Program-made: the position numbers and the translations under genes | Shown: positions 40,301 through 52,829 of the stretch, one piece after another | How the letters are laid out: every line of letters starts with the position of its first letter | Numbering within the stretch: position 1 is the stretch's first letter | The notes under the pieces: generated by a model | The model's database searches: none | The model's input: the letters and a program-made list of their open reading frames with translations, nothing else | Told to the model about the DNA's origin: nothing | DNA from: Camelus dromedarius | Taxonomy: Eukaryota | Length of the DNA stretch: 64,000 nucleotides | NCBI RefSeq assembly: GCF_036321535.1 | Contig: NC_087436.1 | Coordinates: 60,266,001-60,330,000, forward strand | Direction: 5' to 3'

Positions 40301-42922
40301 AAACCCCCACATATATTGTGGAAAAATTAAAACTAAGAATTCGTTTACTTCATTACTGTACTTAAGGTGTTATCACTTCCTGGGAAGAAAGATAAATTAG
40401 AAGTTCGAGAAACTGGTTGCCACTTCAAATTCAATCTCTGAGTTATTAGGACAAGTTTTGAAATATTTGTTCAGATTTTTAAATTTCCTGTAACACTCCC
40501 CAACCCACTGGTTAACAATGAAAATAGCTGTCTTAGAACTATTAAACTAAAATATATTCGTGTATTCACAGTACTTGAATTAAGCAGTTGTTTGTTTTTT
40601 TTTAAACTTGAGAAGAGACTTTCTCTTTAATCAGTGTTCTCACTCACACTCGCTGTGGGTTCCACACCACAGCCTCCTCCCCAATCTCCTTCTCAACTAT
40701 TGACACTTACTATGTGAAGGAAACTAGACTTCCTATTAGAGCACTGATGTGCCTAAATTCGATTCTTTAACCATCCCTGCGGGCCTATCCTCTCACACTC
40801 AGATATACTCTGTGCTCCCTGGTGTCCACCAGTTGTTTTCACAGGGTGTGATTAAAAACTACGCTGGCTGAAGCTTTAACCAGAGCAGAGCTTTCAGAAA
40901 TGTCTTTTACTGTCACATCCATATGCCTCCAGCACTTAGTGAGACTTGTACTCCAGAACTCATTCCCCTTAGTGGGACATTTACATAAGCCAGAGTGTTA
41001 TTAAAAAGTGCGACTGCACCAGATCAGGGAATTGTCCTCGCCCCCTCCTGCTCCTGCTCCTGCCCTGCAGGATCTCTTAACATCCTGAGGATTTCAGGCC
41101 CATCAGCCTCAAGGGATGTATGATACCACAGGTGTAAATTGCCTGAATTTTTAAAAATCTAATTAATCAGCTGTACTGAAGGAAACCTTAATAACTGGGA
41201 AATGGAACATATGGCTAGTATCAGAGTTACATATTCTTATGCCTTGTTCTTGCTGAGGTCAGGAAAATCTTATTCTTTAAGTCCCCAAAACCTGAAAGTG
41301 TCAGATATTCCTTTTCTGATCCTTAAACAGGTGCAGGCACAGGTGCCGATACTCTAAATCTGGAGTATAGATTTCTAGTATTAATGAAATGTTTCTTAAT
41401 CCCTTCAGATGGAAAAGCTTCTTACTCTGCATCCATATATACACAGGTAACTCACGGCATGGAACAATTAAATTGAAGAGACTTTTGAGTGACTGTTTTG
41501 CAAGCCCATGCTCTAAGTTATGAGAGAAAACACAAGTATTTAAATGGTCCATGTGCATAATTCATATTTACTACAAAAACCTGGTAAATGAGATATCACT
41601 TTATCTTGAATCTTAAATTGATATTCAAACTGAGATATCCCATCGAAGTGCTGTTTCAAAAAATAAGCTTGGTGAGTAACAAAAATCCAAGGCTGACTTG
41701 GAAGAGAAGAATGTTAAAGCAGTTCATCTAAGGTGGCTGACATTTAACAACCTTATTTATTCCTTATTTCCATTGTGATGGAAATCGCACACGCAGGCTT
41801 TGTGATTCACACCTGGGTAGATGTGAGGCTAGTGGGATGTTCCCCTGCAGAAGCGCCACTGTGTTTCTATAAACATTTGACAGTTTCCCTCCTCTTAAGA
41901 CAAAGGATAGGCTTTTCTTCACGTCCCGGAAGCACTTCCTATGAACACCAAATCTTAAACATCCATTTAGGCAAAATTCATACAATTTTGACAGCATGAT
42001 AGATGTTAAGGAATGCCCAGGATTTGTTATATTTGTTATATTTTGCCTCTTTTTTTCTGAAAAAGAAATACTTATATTGTACTTTTGTTAGTCCTCTTAC
42101 TGCTCCCTTGTCTCACCCCCATTCTAATCAGTAATTATTTACTAATTTTCAAGAATTCTCTTAGGATTCACAAAAATGCAGAGTTCCAGTGGCCCCCAAT
42201 AAAAATGACAAAACTAGTGTCCTCAGTTCTACTGCATGGTTTCCATACTCCTAATTTCAAGAAAATATTACTCTACTTTTGAGAGGACTGTATAACCAAT
42301 ATCCCTGGTGGTTTTCCCATATTTTTAATAAAGAGGTTATTCACAATATGGATTATTTGTTACTAGTTCCCTCTTGCACAAAATCAGTGACTGTATATCT
42401 TTATTACCTGTAAGGATCCTGGCTCTCTAATTAAGGTCCTCCATGGTCATAGATTTCATCCTAATGTATATTTTAGTTTGTATAACTCCCCATTATAGGA
42501 TCTGGTCTATTAAGTTTCTGACTGCACATGACTTAGATCTTTCGGGTATTCACAGTGCTTACAATGATTTTGGAAAAAGAGAGTAATGGAGAGAGGAAGA
42601 ACAAATCGTAATGTATCTGAGTATTTATGTCTTGGCTCTGTGACTAAATACCAAATTACTCAACTGTTTTTAATCTCTTAATGCATAAACAGTGATAATA
42701 AAAAAAATTCCTCAAGTTTTCTAAGAGGACTATTTTACAAAATAAGTGAGATAGTATGTGTGGAAATGTTTTTAAATTGTGAAAGGATACACAGATAAAA
42801 AGTCACCTCATCATTCTATATTTGCATATGAGATAAAGTCCATATAGTTTGACTAAACATTCACATCTTCAGGGAAAGTTAGGTCTTAGAAATACTGTGA
42901 AATTATTGAAGCGTTGTCATGT

Positions 42923-43275
42923 GTATTAATCAGATTGGACTTTGTTATGCTGCACAATAAACTCAATCACAGTGGCTGAAAACAAAAGGTTTATTTTTCT
43001 TTCAAGGTACAGGTCCTTTGAGAATTGACTGGGAGTTCCAGAGCAGTCAGCTCACCCACCTTCTGGAACATTATATGACCAGGTCAAAAGGAAGGAGGAT
43101 GACAGAGAGTCTTATGTTCTGACATAGAAGTAGTGCACACTATTTCCATTTGCATTCCTTGGCCAAAACTAGTCATATGATTCACCCAACTATTAGGGCC
43201 ACAGGAAACACAGTCCCTACAAGGAGCGTAGAAAGTGGAGAATGGGAAATATTTACCTCTAATAACTATCTTAGA
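42923..43275 (-). mobile_element. MaLR LTR (old MLT1, MLT1K/L-like)
   Basis: 'tgtattaatcagattgg...ttatgctgc...cagtggctgaaaacaaaaggtttattt' and 'cattccttggccaaaactagtcatatg'. Confidence 0.75.
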
Positions 43276-44533
43276 TCCCCAGCTTACAGGGACTAATCCC
43301 ATATCTTTCTTCCAAGTACTCTCCCTTTCAAATATTCAACTCGTATGTCATTTTTGTAGGAACCTCAAGGCTTGTTATTAAGATTCAGTATTATAATAAT
43401 GTAAACACATACAGAGAATAATTTTATTTTCTAAAAGGCATTTCTGTTTTAACAAATGGATCTTAAACAACAACAATAAAACAGTAACAGCCAAATCTTC
43501 CGAAATCCGTTAATGAATCCTTACTCTCTGCTTTTAGGAATCTTGCAATTTCACTTGCTTACTCCTGAAAGAGATATTTTAAAGCAAGTGAGTCTCCCCT
43601 TCACAGTTCAGGTCACAACAAATTGTTTATCCTCTTTTATGAAACAGGAAGCTGGAATAGATGTGTTCCATTTTCATCATCATTTAAAAAGTTGAACCAC
43701 TGCATGGATTTGTGAAGTGATCTGAGAGTACCGCCTCTGACTGGAAGCTCACAGGTCACCATGTCAGGGAATCAATTAAAACACTGACTTAAAAGAGTAG
43801 AATAAGAAGGTTAAATTGGAACAAATTTATTGCTTTCATTCTCTACTATTGTTCCAGCTATTGTTTCACCAGATGGTTCATATAAAGTGTTTGTGTGTGT
43901 GTGTGGTTTAAAATAGACTCTTTTTTCTTTTGCTGTTTTATTTTAAACTATTGTTTATTTAATAATCTTCTGCAAAAAGACAGGCATATAACAGTGATTT
44001 GTTTCATAATAAGTACCCTCTTTCATAGTTTTTAAACTTTTGTGATTTTTCAACAGTGAACATAAAACAAACCAAGCTAACTAAGCACAAACAATATTTG
44101 TGGAAAATTGTTCAAGATAAAGATTGACTAATTTTTTCTCCCAAGGAATATATAATATGACAAGCATCTTCCTACTTCCATGAAGGCAACAGCAGTTGGT
44201 TAGTATCCAGGACAGTGATCTCACAGTCCTCTAGTAGCTTATCAGGTAACAGATGAAGAGTCACATTAATGAGTTAAATAATGCTATGTAATGTTTGTAG
44301 ACAATTAAATTGTGAGTGTGTGGGTGAGATAAATATGGCTGAATGAACATACATACACAACAGAAAATGTTTAAAAGGAGGTCTCTCTGCTTCTAAAGAG
44401 CAAAATAAACAAGTATCACAAGAATTCACCTCTAGTTTCTTTTTCAAAGTCTAGCTTCACCTTTGGTCAATAGTTTGGCTAGGTCAATATGTATAAATTG
44501 CATTCAACAAAATGTGAAAATATTAAGTGTTTA

Positions 44534-45280
44534 GCATTTTATTTATTTTTTTATTGAAGTATAGTTGATTTACAATGTAGTGTCAGTTTCTGGGGTACAG
44601 CAAAGTGATTCAGTTACATATATACATATTTTAAGATTCTTTTCCATTGTATGTTATTACAAGATACTGAATATACTTCCCTGTGCTATACACTAGTTAT
44701 GGTTGTTTATCTATTTTATATATAGTAGTGTGTATCTGTTAATCCCAAACTCTTAATTTATCCTTCCCCTCACCTTTGGTAGCCACAAATCTGTTTTCTA
44801 TGTCTGTGAGTCTATGTAAATGTCTATGTAAATAAGTTCATTTATATCATTTTTTTACATTCCACACATAAGTGATATCATATGATATTTGTCTTTGTCT
44901 GATTTCCTTCACTCTGCATGATAATCTCTAGGTCCATCCAGGTTACTGCAAATGGCATTATTTCATTCTTTTTTATGGCTGAGTACTATCAACAGCATGG
45001 TACTATCAGAAAAAACAGACACATAGATCAGTGGAACAGGATAGAAAGCCCAGAAATAAACTCACGACAAAGATGAAGAATATACAGTGGAGGAAAGAGT
45101 CTCTTCAATAACTAGTGCTGGGAAAACTAGACAGTTACATGTAAAAGACTGAAACTGGAACATTCTCTAAAACCACATACAAAAATAAACTCAAAATCGA
45201 TTAAAGATGTAAATGTAAGACCAGATACTATAAAACTCCTAGAGGAAAAACGTAGGCAGAACACTCTTTGACATAAATCA
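44534..45280 (-). mobile_element. 5'-inverted (twin-primed) L1 insertion
   Basis: Antisense L1 3' UTR and poly(T) at 44534-~44990, joined to a sense ORF2 segment at ~44990-45280. Flanked by TSD AAGTGTTTA (44525-44533, 45281-45289). Confidence 0.9.
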
Positions 45281-45904
45281 AAGTGTTTAAAAATTAATAG
45301 AATTGCCCTTTTAATCAAGATACATCTGTGTTTAATTATTTACATATAAATTTCAAATCTTTTGAATGTCTGAGTTTAACAGAATACCAAAAAGTTGTAG
45401 AAAGAAAAGGCCTCATTTTTACAATAAATTATTTATTTTATTAGTATTACTTACTATTGAGTATATACTTTTTAGCATTTTTAGCATTAAGCATTACTCA
45501 AACTCATTGTTTACAGATCCCTAGGACCTATATGCCAGCCTCAAGTGTTTTTTAAAAAATACTTTTGTTTGTTTTTGATGAATAATTTAAAAATTAATAT
45601 AAGTATACTCTTTATCATATGGGAAGATACCTAATGACAAAGTTCATGTTTACTTTCTTGAGAAGTTAAATTTAAATTATTACTAACATAGAAATTACTT
45701 TTTATGACTAGTTAGATAAACAGAGGTGAAATCAATGGATGCTTCCTTGAGAAAGAAAAAGGTTAGTAGGAAGGGGTGAACAACATGCCCAGTTTCTCAT
45801 TCCAAACTCCTGTCAAATTAAATCACTACTTCTCCCAGGGGAAGAACTAATGTGAAGGTAGAGAAAGGCTAGCGGGTTACTCAGCATAGTTCCCTCCTAA
45901 TGAA

Positions 45905-46960
45905 AAAAGAAAGAAAAATGACAAATATAGGGAAAAGTCATTAACCACCACCACATCCAATCTTCATGTTAAAAATAAAACAAAAACACCAATTTGAACA
46001 ACGTTCTGTGCATGAAAATACCTTCTTAAGAACTATAAATATAGGTGAGGGATTACAGCACCTGGGTGAAGCGCAGAAATATGAAATGCATAGAGGATAG
46101 GAAAGATAGGTTACCCCCACCATCCCTCCTCCAAGTCCAGCAGCCCAGTGCAGAAATAGACATCCTCCTCATCGGAGGAGAGTGAAGTGGCACCCAGCTT
46201 CACCACACAGCCCAGCCCTGACCCACTCTAGCACAGGCTGACTCCTTCAGAAAACAATATAGTTTCCTAAAAAAATTTTAAATAAAGTTATGGTAGGATC
46301 CAGCAATCCCACTTCTGGATATATGTCTTAAGGGAAATAAAATCACAATCTCAAAGAGATATGTGTACCCCCATGTTCATTTTACATTATTCACAATAAC
46401 AAAGATATGGAAATAACATAAATGTCCATCAACAGAATATAGATGAAAAAGCTGTGGTGTATACATACAATGGAATATTATTCAGCCATAAAAATGAAGA
46501 AAATTCTGCCTTCTATATGACAAAATAAATGGAACTTAAGGGCATTATACTAAGTGAAATAGTCAGAGAAAGTCAAATACTGTATAATCTTACTTATATG
46601 TGGAATCTAAAAAATCCAGATTCATAGAAATGGGAACAAGAATGAGATAAATAGGAGGGTAGGAGGTGTGTGGAGTGGGGAAATGTTGGACAAACTTCTG
46701 TCCTTTGGTGAATAAATTCAGGGATATAATGTATAGCATAGAGACTATAGTTAACAGTACTGTATTATATACTTGAAAACTGCTGAGGGAATAGATCTTC
46801 AATGTTATCCCTATAAAAATGGTAATTATATGAGGCAATGGAGGTGTTAACTAAGCTTATTGTGATAATCATTCTGCAATATACACATGTATCAAATCAT
46901 TGCATCTTATAACTTAAACTTATACATGCTCTATGTCAACTATATCTCAGTAAAGCTAGA
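45905..46960 (+). mobile_element. L1 with 5' UTR (L1M2-like) fused directly to ORF2 end/3' UTR (L1MA-like)
   Basis: 'aaaaacaccaatttgaacaac...aaataccttc...ggtgagggattacagcacctgggtg' (L1M2 5' end) runs to ~46250, then 'gatccagcaatcccacttctgg...tcaactatatctcagtaaagct'. Confidence 0.8.
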
Positions 46961-49900
46961 TTTCTTGCACCCTCAGATTACCTTCTCTTATGGAATATAT
47001 TTTCCAGTGACTAACATATTTGTGTATGCTGTCCAGAGCATTTCCTTCCCAGTGTAAAGGTACCAGGAATTCTAAGTTGTTAATCAAAATATTGTTTTGT
47101 GAATATACTCAGAAAAAAGAGAGAGAGATAATATCAAGGTTCATTTCATTTAAGCCATGGGTAAAGCCTAAGAAATTACTTGTGCTCTAGAACAAGTATA
47201 CTGTCTAATGACTAGTCTGGTGATGTCCTTTGGGTTTAAGATTTCCCTATCTTGAACATTGCTGGATGGAAAAACATGGCCAAATCCTTGCAGATTCCTC
47301 TTTTTAAGATCCAGGTGAAACATTTCAATTCTAACATCCTTTATTATTATTATTTTTTGCTTCATAGCATTATGACAATTGTAATTATTTATTTGTAATA
47401 TAAATTATTTAGTATCCAGCTCTTCCATTTAACTCTAAACCATGAGGTTGAAGACTGTCTGTCTTGAATTGTATACTCAGCACCTGGCTTGGTGCTTAGC
47501 ACAAAATAAGCTGTCCATTAAGTCTTTATCAAAATAGTGATTGAATGAATTCATCTCTCACCCAAGTCTTAGGAAGAGAATATGTAGGAGGCAATGTTAA
47601 GCCTTATATTGGCTTCCGTGTGTGTGTCAATCTCAAATTTCTAAAGAAAAATAAAAAAATATGTATTTCATAAGTGTTAAGTCAGATGTCATTTATGTAT
47701 TCTAGGCAATATTGAGATTAGCCACAATAACTTCCCTGAACCTGACTAGAAATTGTACACATTACCTGAATCATAACTTTTACTTTTATTTTTTATTTTA
47801 TTTGAATTAAATATATGCCTTGTAAGTTCCTGATTTCAGTTACCAGAACATTCCTTTTCTTCCTGGGAAGCAGGAATAATGTGTTCTCTTTAATGCTGTC
47901 AGAGCAGCTGGTTTTGAGGATGGAATGTAAAGGGTCTATTTTTCTTCTTCTGGAACTTATTTCTAACCCCTGGCAATACAGCTAGTTTAAAAAAAAATTA
48001 AGCTTTGGTAACAGTATTTGCAAGGAACACGTTTAAACTGTTTAAAAGAACAGAATCTAAAGATATTATTAATAATTAATAAGCCATGAGAAATGAGAAG
48101 CTGTATAAATCATTCCCTTTTATCTATTAAGTTAGTGCTTCTCAGGACATTTCATATCACTTTGTTAACCTACTTTTGATATCTATGTGAACATAATAAA
48201 ATCAATCCCCTTTAAAATATTTTTTGTGATTCAGAATTCCATTTGTCCTCTTTCACTCTGTAAATTAGTAAAATTTTACTGTAATTTTACTACAATTAAG
48301 GACAAAACAATAATGATAATTTTATTTCTGTATTTATTAGATCATGGCATCATTAAAGACAATAAAAACTATTAACAGAGAAAATTTATTTTATTTCCTA
48401 TGATCAGATTTTTGAGAAATTGCTATATTCAGATATAGGCTTCATTAAAGGTTTTCTATGCAATCACTTTTATTGAGACATAAAAGTCAATAGATCAAAT
48501 ATATATAGCTTTAGAATTAAATTATTTAAATTGAATTATAATTAATAAACCTGTATTTTTTTCATAGCATTTGCTCTTAGTTAAAAATTCTATATTAGTA
48601 TATGTATATATAATATGCATGTAATTATAATATACAGACAATATTAATTAATATATCAATGGGTTATATGTCACATTAAAAATTCCCTAGTAAGAATTCT
48701 GCTCCTTTCTATGTTGGATAATTAAAAGAGACATTTTCAATTTTTCATGACTATATTAATGAGGTTCACACTAATTTGTTCCATGTAGTCAATTAGCCTA
48801 GTTAAATTTCTCATGGATAATAACATGAGATTTATTGGAATGTTTTAAAAGACGCATGCAGAGGTGCACATATTTAAGAACATTTTTATTTTTTTCCCCA
48901 CTACACAATCATACCTGAGACAAATATCACAGTTTAGGCATCTGGGCTTTGTGGCAAAAACAACAAGACTAAATATATTATAATTCAGTTGAAATAGTAA
49001 AATTGCTAGTTTCCTCTGATTAAAACATTGTAAGCTTGTCTCAGCTATGGGGAGGTAGTGCTGCTCAACTCAAGAATAGCAATGCATGGAAGTATAATAA
49101 ATTCTCTAGATACAATAAATTATCCTTATTAGCAAACTTGTCCTTTTCATTGTTTCTATTTATTATTTTACTTTGTAATGAGTACTATAGTCAGTTTGCA
49201 ATGTAATGAACAGGTTTATAATACCAATGAAAAGAATAGAGGCACAGTTTTTTAAAATATAGTTTTACATGGTATCTTTTATTGTTTAGAAATAAGAAGC
49301 AAATTTACAGTTCTAGAATGTATCACCAACCTCTTTAGAAACATGGCCTTTTCCACCCTTCAAAATACATATGAAAGAGTCTACATCTTGTTGAGTGTTA
49401 TAGTATTAAAACATTTACAGTATTTGCAAGGCACTGTCATCTCCTAAAACATTAACACTAAGTAAATTTTCAGAAGAGTGGCAGCACTGAGTCATTGAAT
49501 TATGGTTGTAAATATGCCTTTAGCTGGGGGACGTATGGTCAAGAAAGCTGCTTAGACTGAATATGTTGTTGTTAAATCTATTTGAAATAAAAAATGAATT
49601 CTATTATTGTTTTAGCTTGGGCTATAATCTATAACAATGCAATAACAGGTAATGGTAGATATATATCTGTTTCATGCCCACTAGAAAAGGTTATGAGATT
49701 TAGTAAATAGGAGAGGCACAAATTTCTATCAGCTGCACCGTGTAAAGGGCACTCACTAGTATTTCGAGGTAACTAAATTTGTTTTTTAATTTTCTGAAAC
49801 AACATTTCTAAATGGATTATCTACCTACTCCATGGATTACTCTTTGACAGCAGCAACACTCTTTAACAAGATCTTAAGGCCTTTCTATTCCAGCCTTCAG

Positions 49901-50323
49901 ATTGAGTGGAAATAAATATAATGACATTTTTAAATAGAATGTTGATATTAGAATGCTTTATTATGTAATAGGAAGCTAAGACTTTTATATCCACCTGAAG
50001 ATGTTAATTATGCTTTCCAGGGGTCTTTTCTTGATAAAAAAAAAAAAAAAAGTGGAAAAATAGCCCATGGAAGAAAAGAGATCAAGTGAGAATAAAGAAA
50101 AAAAAAAAAATAGGCAGATGCCTAGAGAAAGAACTTTTCCATGAATTAAATACTTTAGTTTGTCTGAAAGCTAAATAAAATCAACTTGTCTCTTGGATTC
50201 TTTGCCTTAATTCCTCAGAAAAAAGAATTCTAGATAGGCCTCTGATCAAGTGTTTTTGGCAAAATTTATTATAAATCATGTTATTATTTAATAATAATTT
50301 TTATTTCTATGTGTAATTTTCTT

Positions 50324-50399
50324 TTTTTTTGTTTTTTGTTTTGTTTTGTTTTGTTTTTGTTTTGTTTGTTTTTTTGTTTGTTTTTTGTGTGTGTTTTTT
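50324..50399 (-). mobile_element. Body-less poly(A)-derived retro-insertion with 14-bp TSD
   Basis: 76-nt T/TTTG tract flanked by identical TGTGTAATTTTCTT (50310-50323, 50400-50413). Confidence 0.8.
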
Positions 50400-50495
50400 T
50401 GTGTAATTTTCTTATAAATCAAAAAGTAGCCAAGTTATACACTGTTTCATTAAATGTGTTTGTCTTATATTTCACCCACTTTTTGTTTTTTTCAG

Positions 50496-50517
50496 ATTCA
50501 GAATAAATTCTATTCAG
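50496..50517 (+). other. Candidate 22-nt microexon of an unidentified host gene
   Basis: Acceptor 'ctttttgtttttttcag|' and donor 'CAG|gtaagg', both near consensus. Gene identity not recognised. Confidence 0.45.
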
Positions 50518-51746
50518 GTAAGGCTTTGCTATATTGAAGACAATACGTGGTAACCTGTAGCTTTACTTTGCCAACATTATACTATTCTGGCTTATGCAGT
50601 GATGGACTTTGTATGACCGGAAATCAATTACACAAATTAGGTAAATTGAAAAGAATGGTAGAATTCTCATAATTATTTACATCGTAGAAAAATAGTAATT
50701 GTTAGTAATAGCAAAACTAATATAACTTCTCAGGTTTTCATTTTAAAGTGTAGAAAAATTAGGAACGTTGGACCTAGTTTTCCTAGAGAATTAGTATAGA
50801 CATATTTTTGGATTTGAGCACTATATTTTAAGGTAAAATATTTAGAATTAGACAGAGAATAGCAGAATTCCAGCTGTGATTTTTTATCTTTCATGCAGCT
50901 GTGGCCCACCTGCTCCAAGCATCAGTGGTTTGGACACTGGGCATTCTTGGCTCTGGGATACACTTGTTGGAAAATGTTAAAGCAATTAATAGAGGCAATC
51001 AAAAATGAGAAGACCCAAGAGAATTATGTCTGTGAGGCTGTTGAATAAAACATGTCATCTTAAAATCTTTGCTTATTTTTTTCTGTATAATATTAGCACA
51101 ATTAAAAGAACATGCTCAGTTTTGCCTGGAGTGAGCTATTTTTAGTCCTTCAATTACTCTTTATTCCAATAGTTATTATCATTAGTTAGCATTTCCATAG
51201 CAATATATGCTTTTTAACGCAAGTGTTTTATAACAAATTTTAGCAATTTCTCTCCTCGGGGATTTATGAGGTAAAAGTTAATTCACATGAGATTCACAGG
51301 AAAACACAGTAAGTTATATGGATACTACGTCTCATGTGGATACCACCTGCAGTTAGCTTTGCCACAGGCCACCATAGATTGCAGTTCTTGCTGAATCAAG
51401 GGGAGGGTAACTAATTTATGGAAGGTGAGTCACATCTGGAGTGAGCCTAAAATCCAGGCATAACCCTCTGTCCTCATTATCCGTGGTCTTGTGCCCTCCA
51501 AATATTATCATAAAGATTCAGAATCCAATTGACAATAAAACCATAATGTGAACATGTACAATCAAATATAGCATTATCACTAGCCTCACGTAATGCATGG
51601 GCCACGCCACCCTGGCACAACTGGAAGTGCTAGTGATCCCCAAAGGTCAGTGGAAACCAGGGCATCAGCCCCAGAGTTGGATAAAGCCCTGCTAAGGATT
51701 GACTTGCTGTTACCTGAGACAGGTTACATTGTTCTCTATTGGGATT

Positions 51747-51774
51747 TCTAATACAAATTTGAAATAGAAGCAAT
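51747..51774. repeat. (TG)n microsatellite
   Basis: Directly visible. Confidence 0.95.
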
Positions 51775-51803
51775 AATCAACATATACGTGTGTGTATGTG
51801 TAT

Positions 51804-51834
<31 letters not shown>

Positions 51835-52829
51835 CCAATGGCTGTTTAAAAGTCAAGCTTATTCATTAGAAAAAAAGAAGTCTCAAAACTCTTAGAAATG
51901 TGACTTTTAAACATCTCAAAGGCAATTCCTTTTCACACACGTAACTATTTGGTCTCCCGTATCAACTCCTCTCTTTTATCTTTACTTCTCAGAAGCTTCC
52001 GGGGTGCTAAATGTTTCCTGAGTTAGAGGCTTTCCCGAAAGACCTGCTTTGGTTTTTCTCCTCTCTCTCATTTTACATCAGTAGAAAGATTTGCCTATAT
52101 AAGTAGGATACATCTTTTATCTCTTCCCTTGGTTTTCTCACTTTAATGAGAGAGTTGAGATTAGGAAACTAAGACTTACACAGTGATACTCTAGCTGTTA
52201 TTTTCTAACTGAAAAAGATCATCTTTTGGAAATTATTTAATTTTTCTTTGTTGTCAAACAAAATGCCCATTTCTAGGGGAGAATGTATGTCCTCTATTTA
52301 GGAAGCAAAATGTGCTGAGTAGGGCAAAAAGTAAGGTATCTGGGCTTGGCACGTACTAATATCACCCTCTGTTCTAGTCACTGAAAATTGAAAACATTTC
52401 AAGATTCCCACTCTCCTCATAATTTTCTCTCTAATGGATTATTGTTAAAAAAAAAACTAATACAATCCATATTACAATGGAAAGGAAGAAAGGAAAGAAA
52501 GAAAATAAGTTAATATAATATATCCAATATATCAAGCCCACAATCATCTTAAAAGCTGATTTCAATAAATTACTATTGACCCATGTGACATGAGTCTGTT
52601 TCCAAAAACAGCTTCTATATTCCAAACCCTAAATTCTCAGCTGCTGTTACCACCTGGAGTATTGTTTTACTCATCTTTACATCTTTTATCTAAAATACAG
52701 AGGAAAGCTTCTGGTTTGACAGAGTATGGCCAAATCCACACAGACACAGAAAGTAGTGAAGGACAGTCAAGTTCTGTGAGTTCATGGCCTCCTGACACAA
52801 TCTCCAGGATCAGTCCTTCTCTGCTCTAG

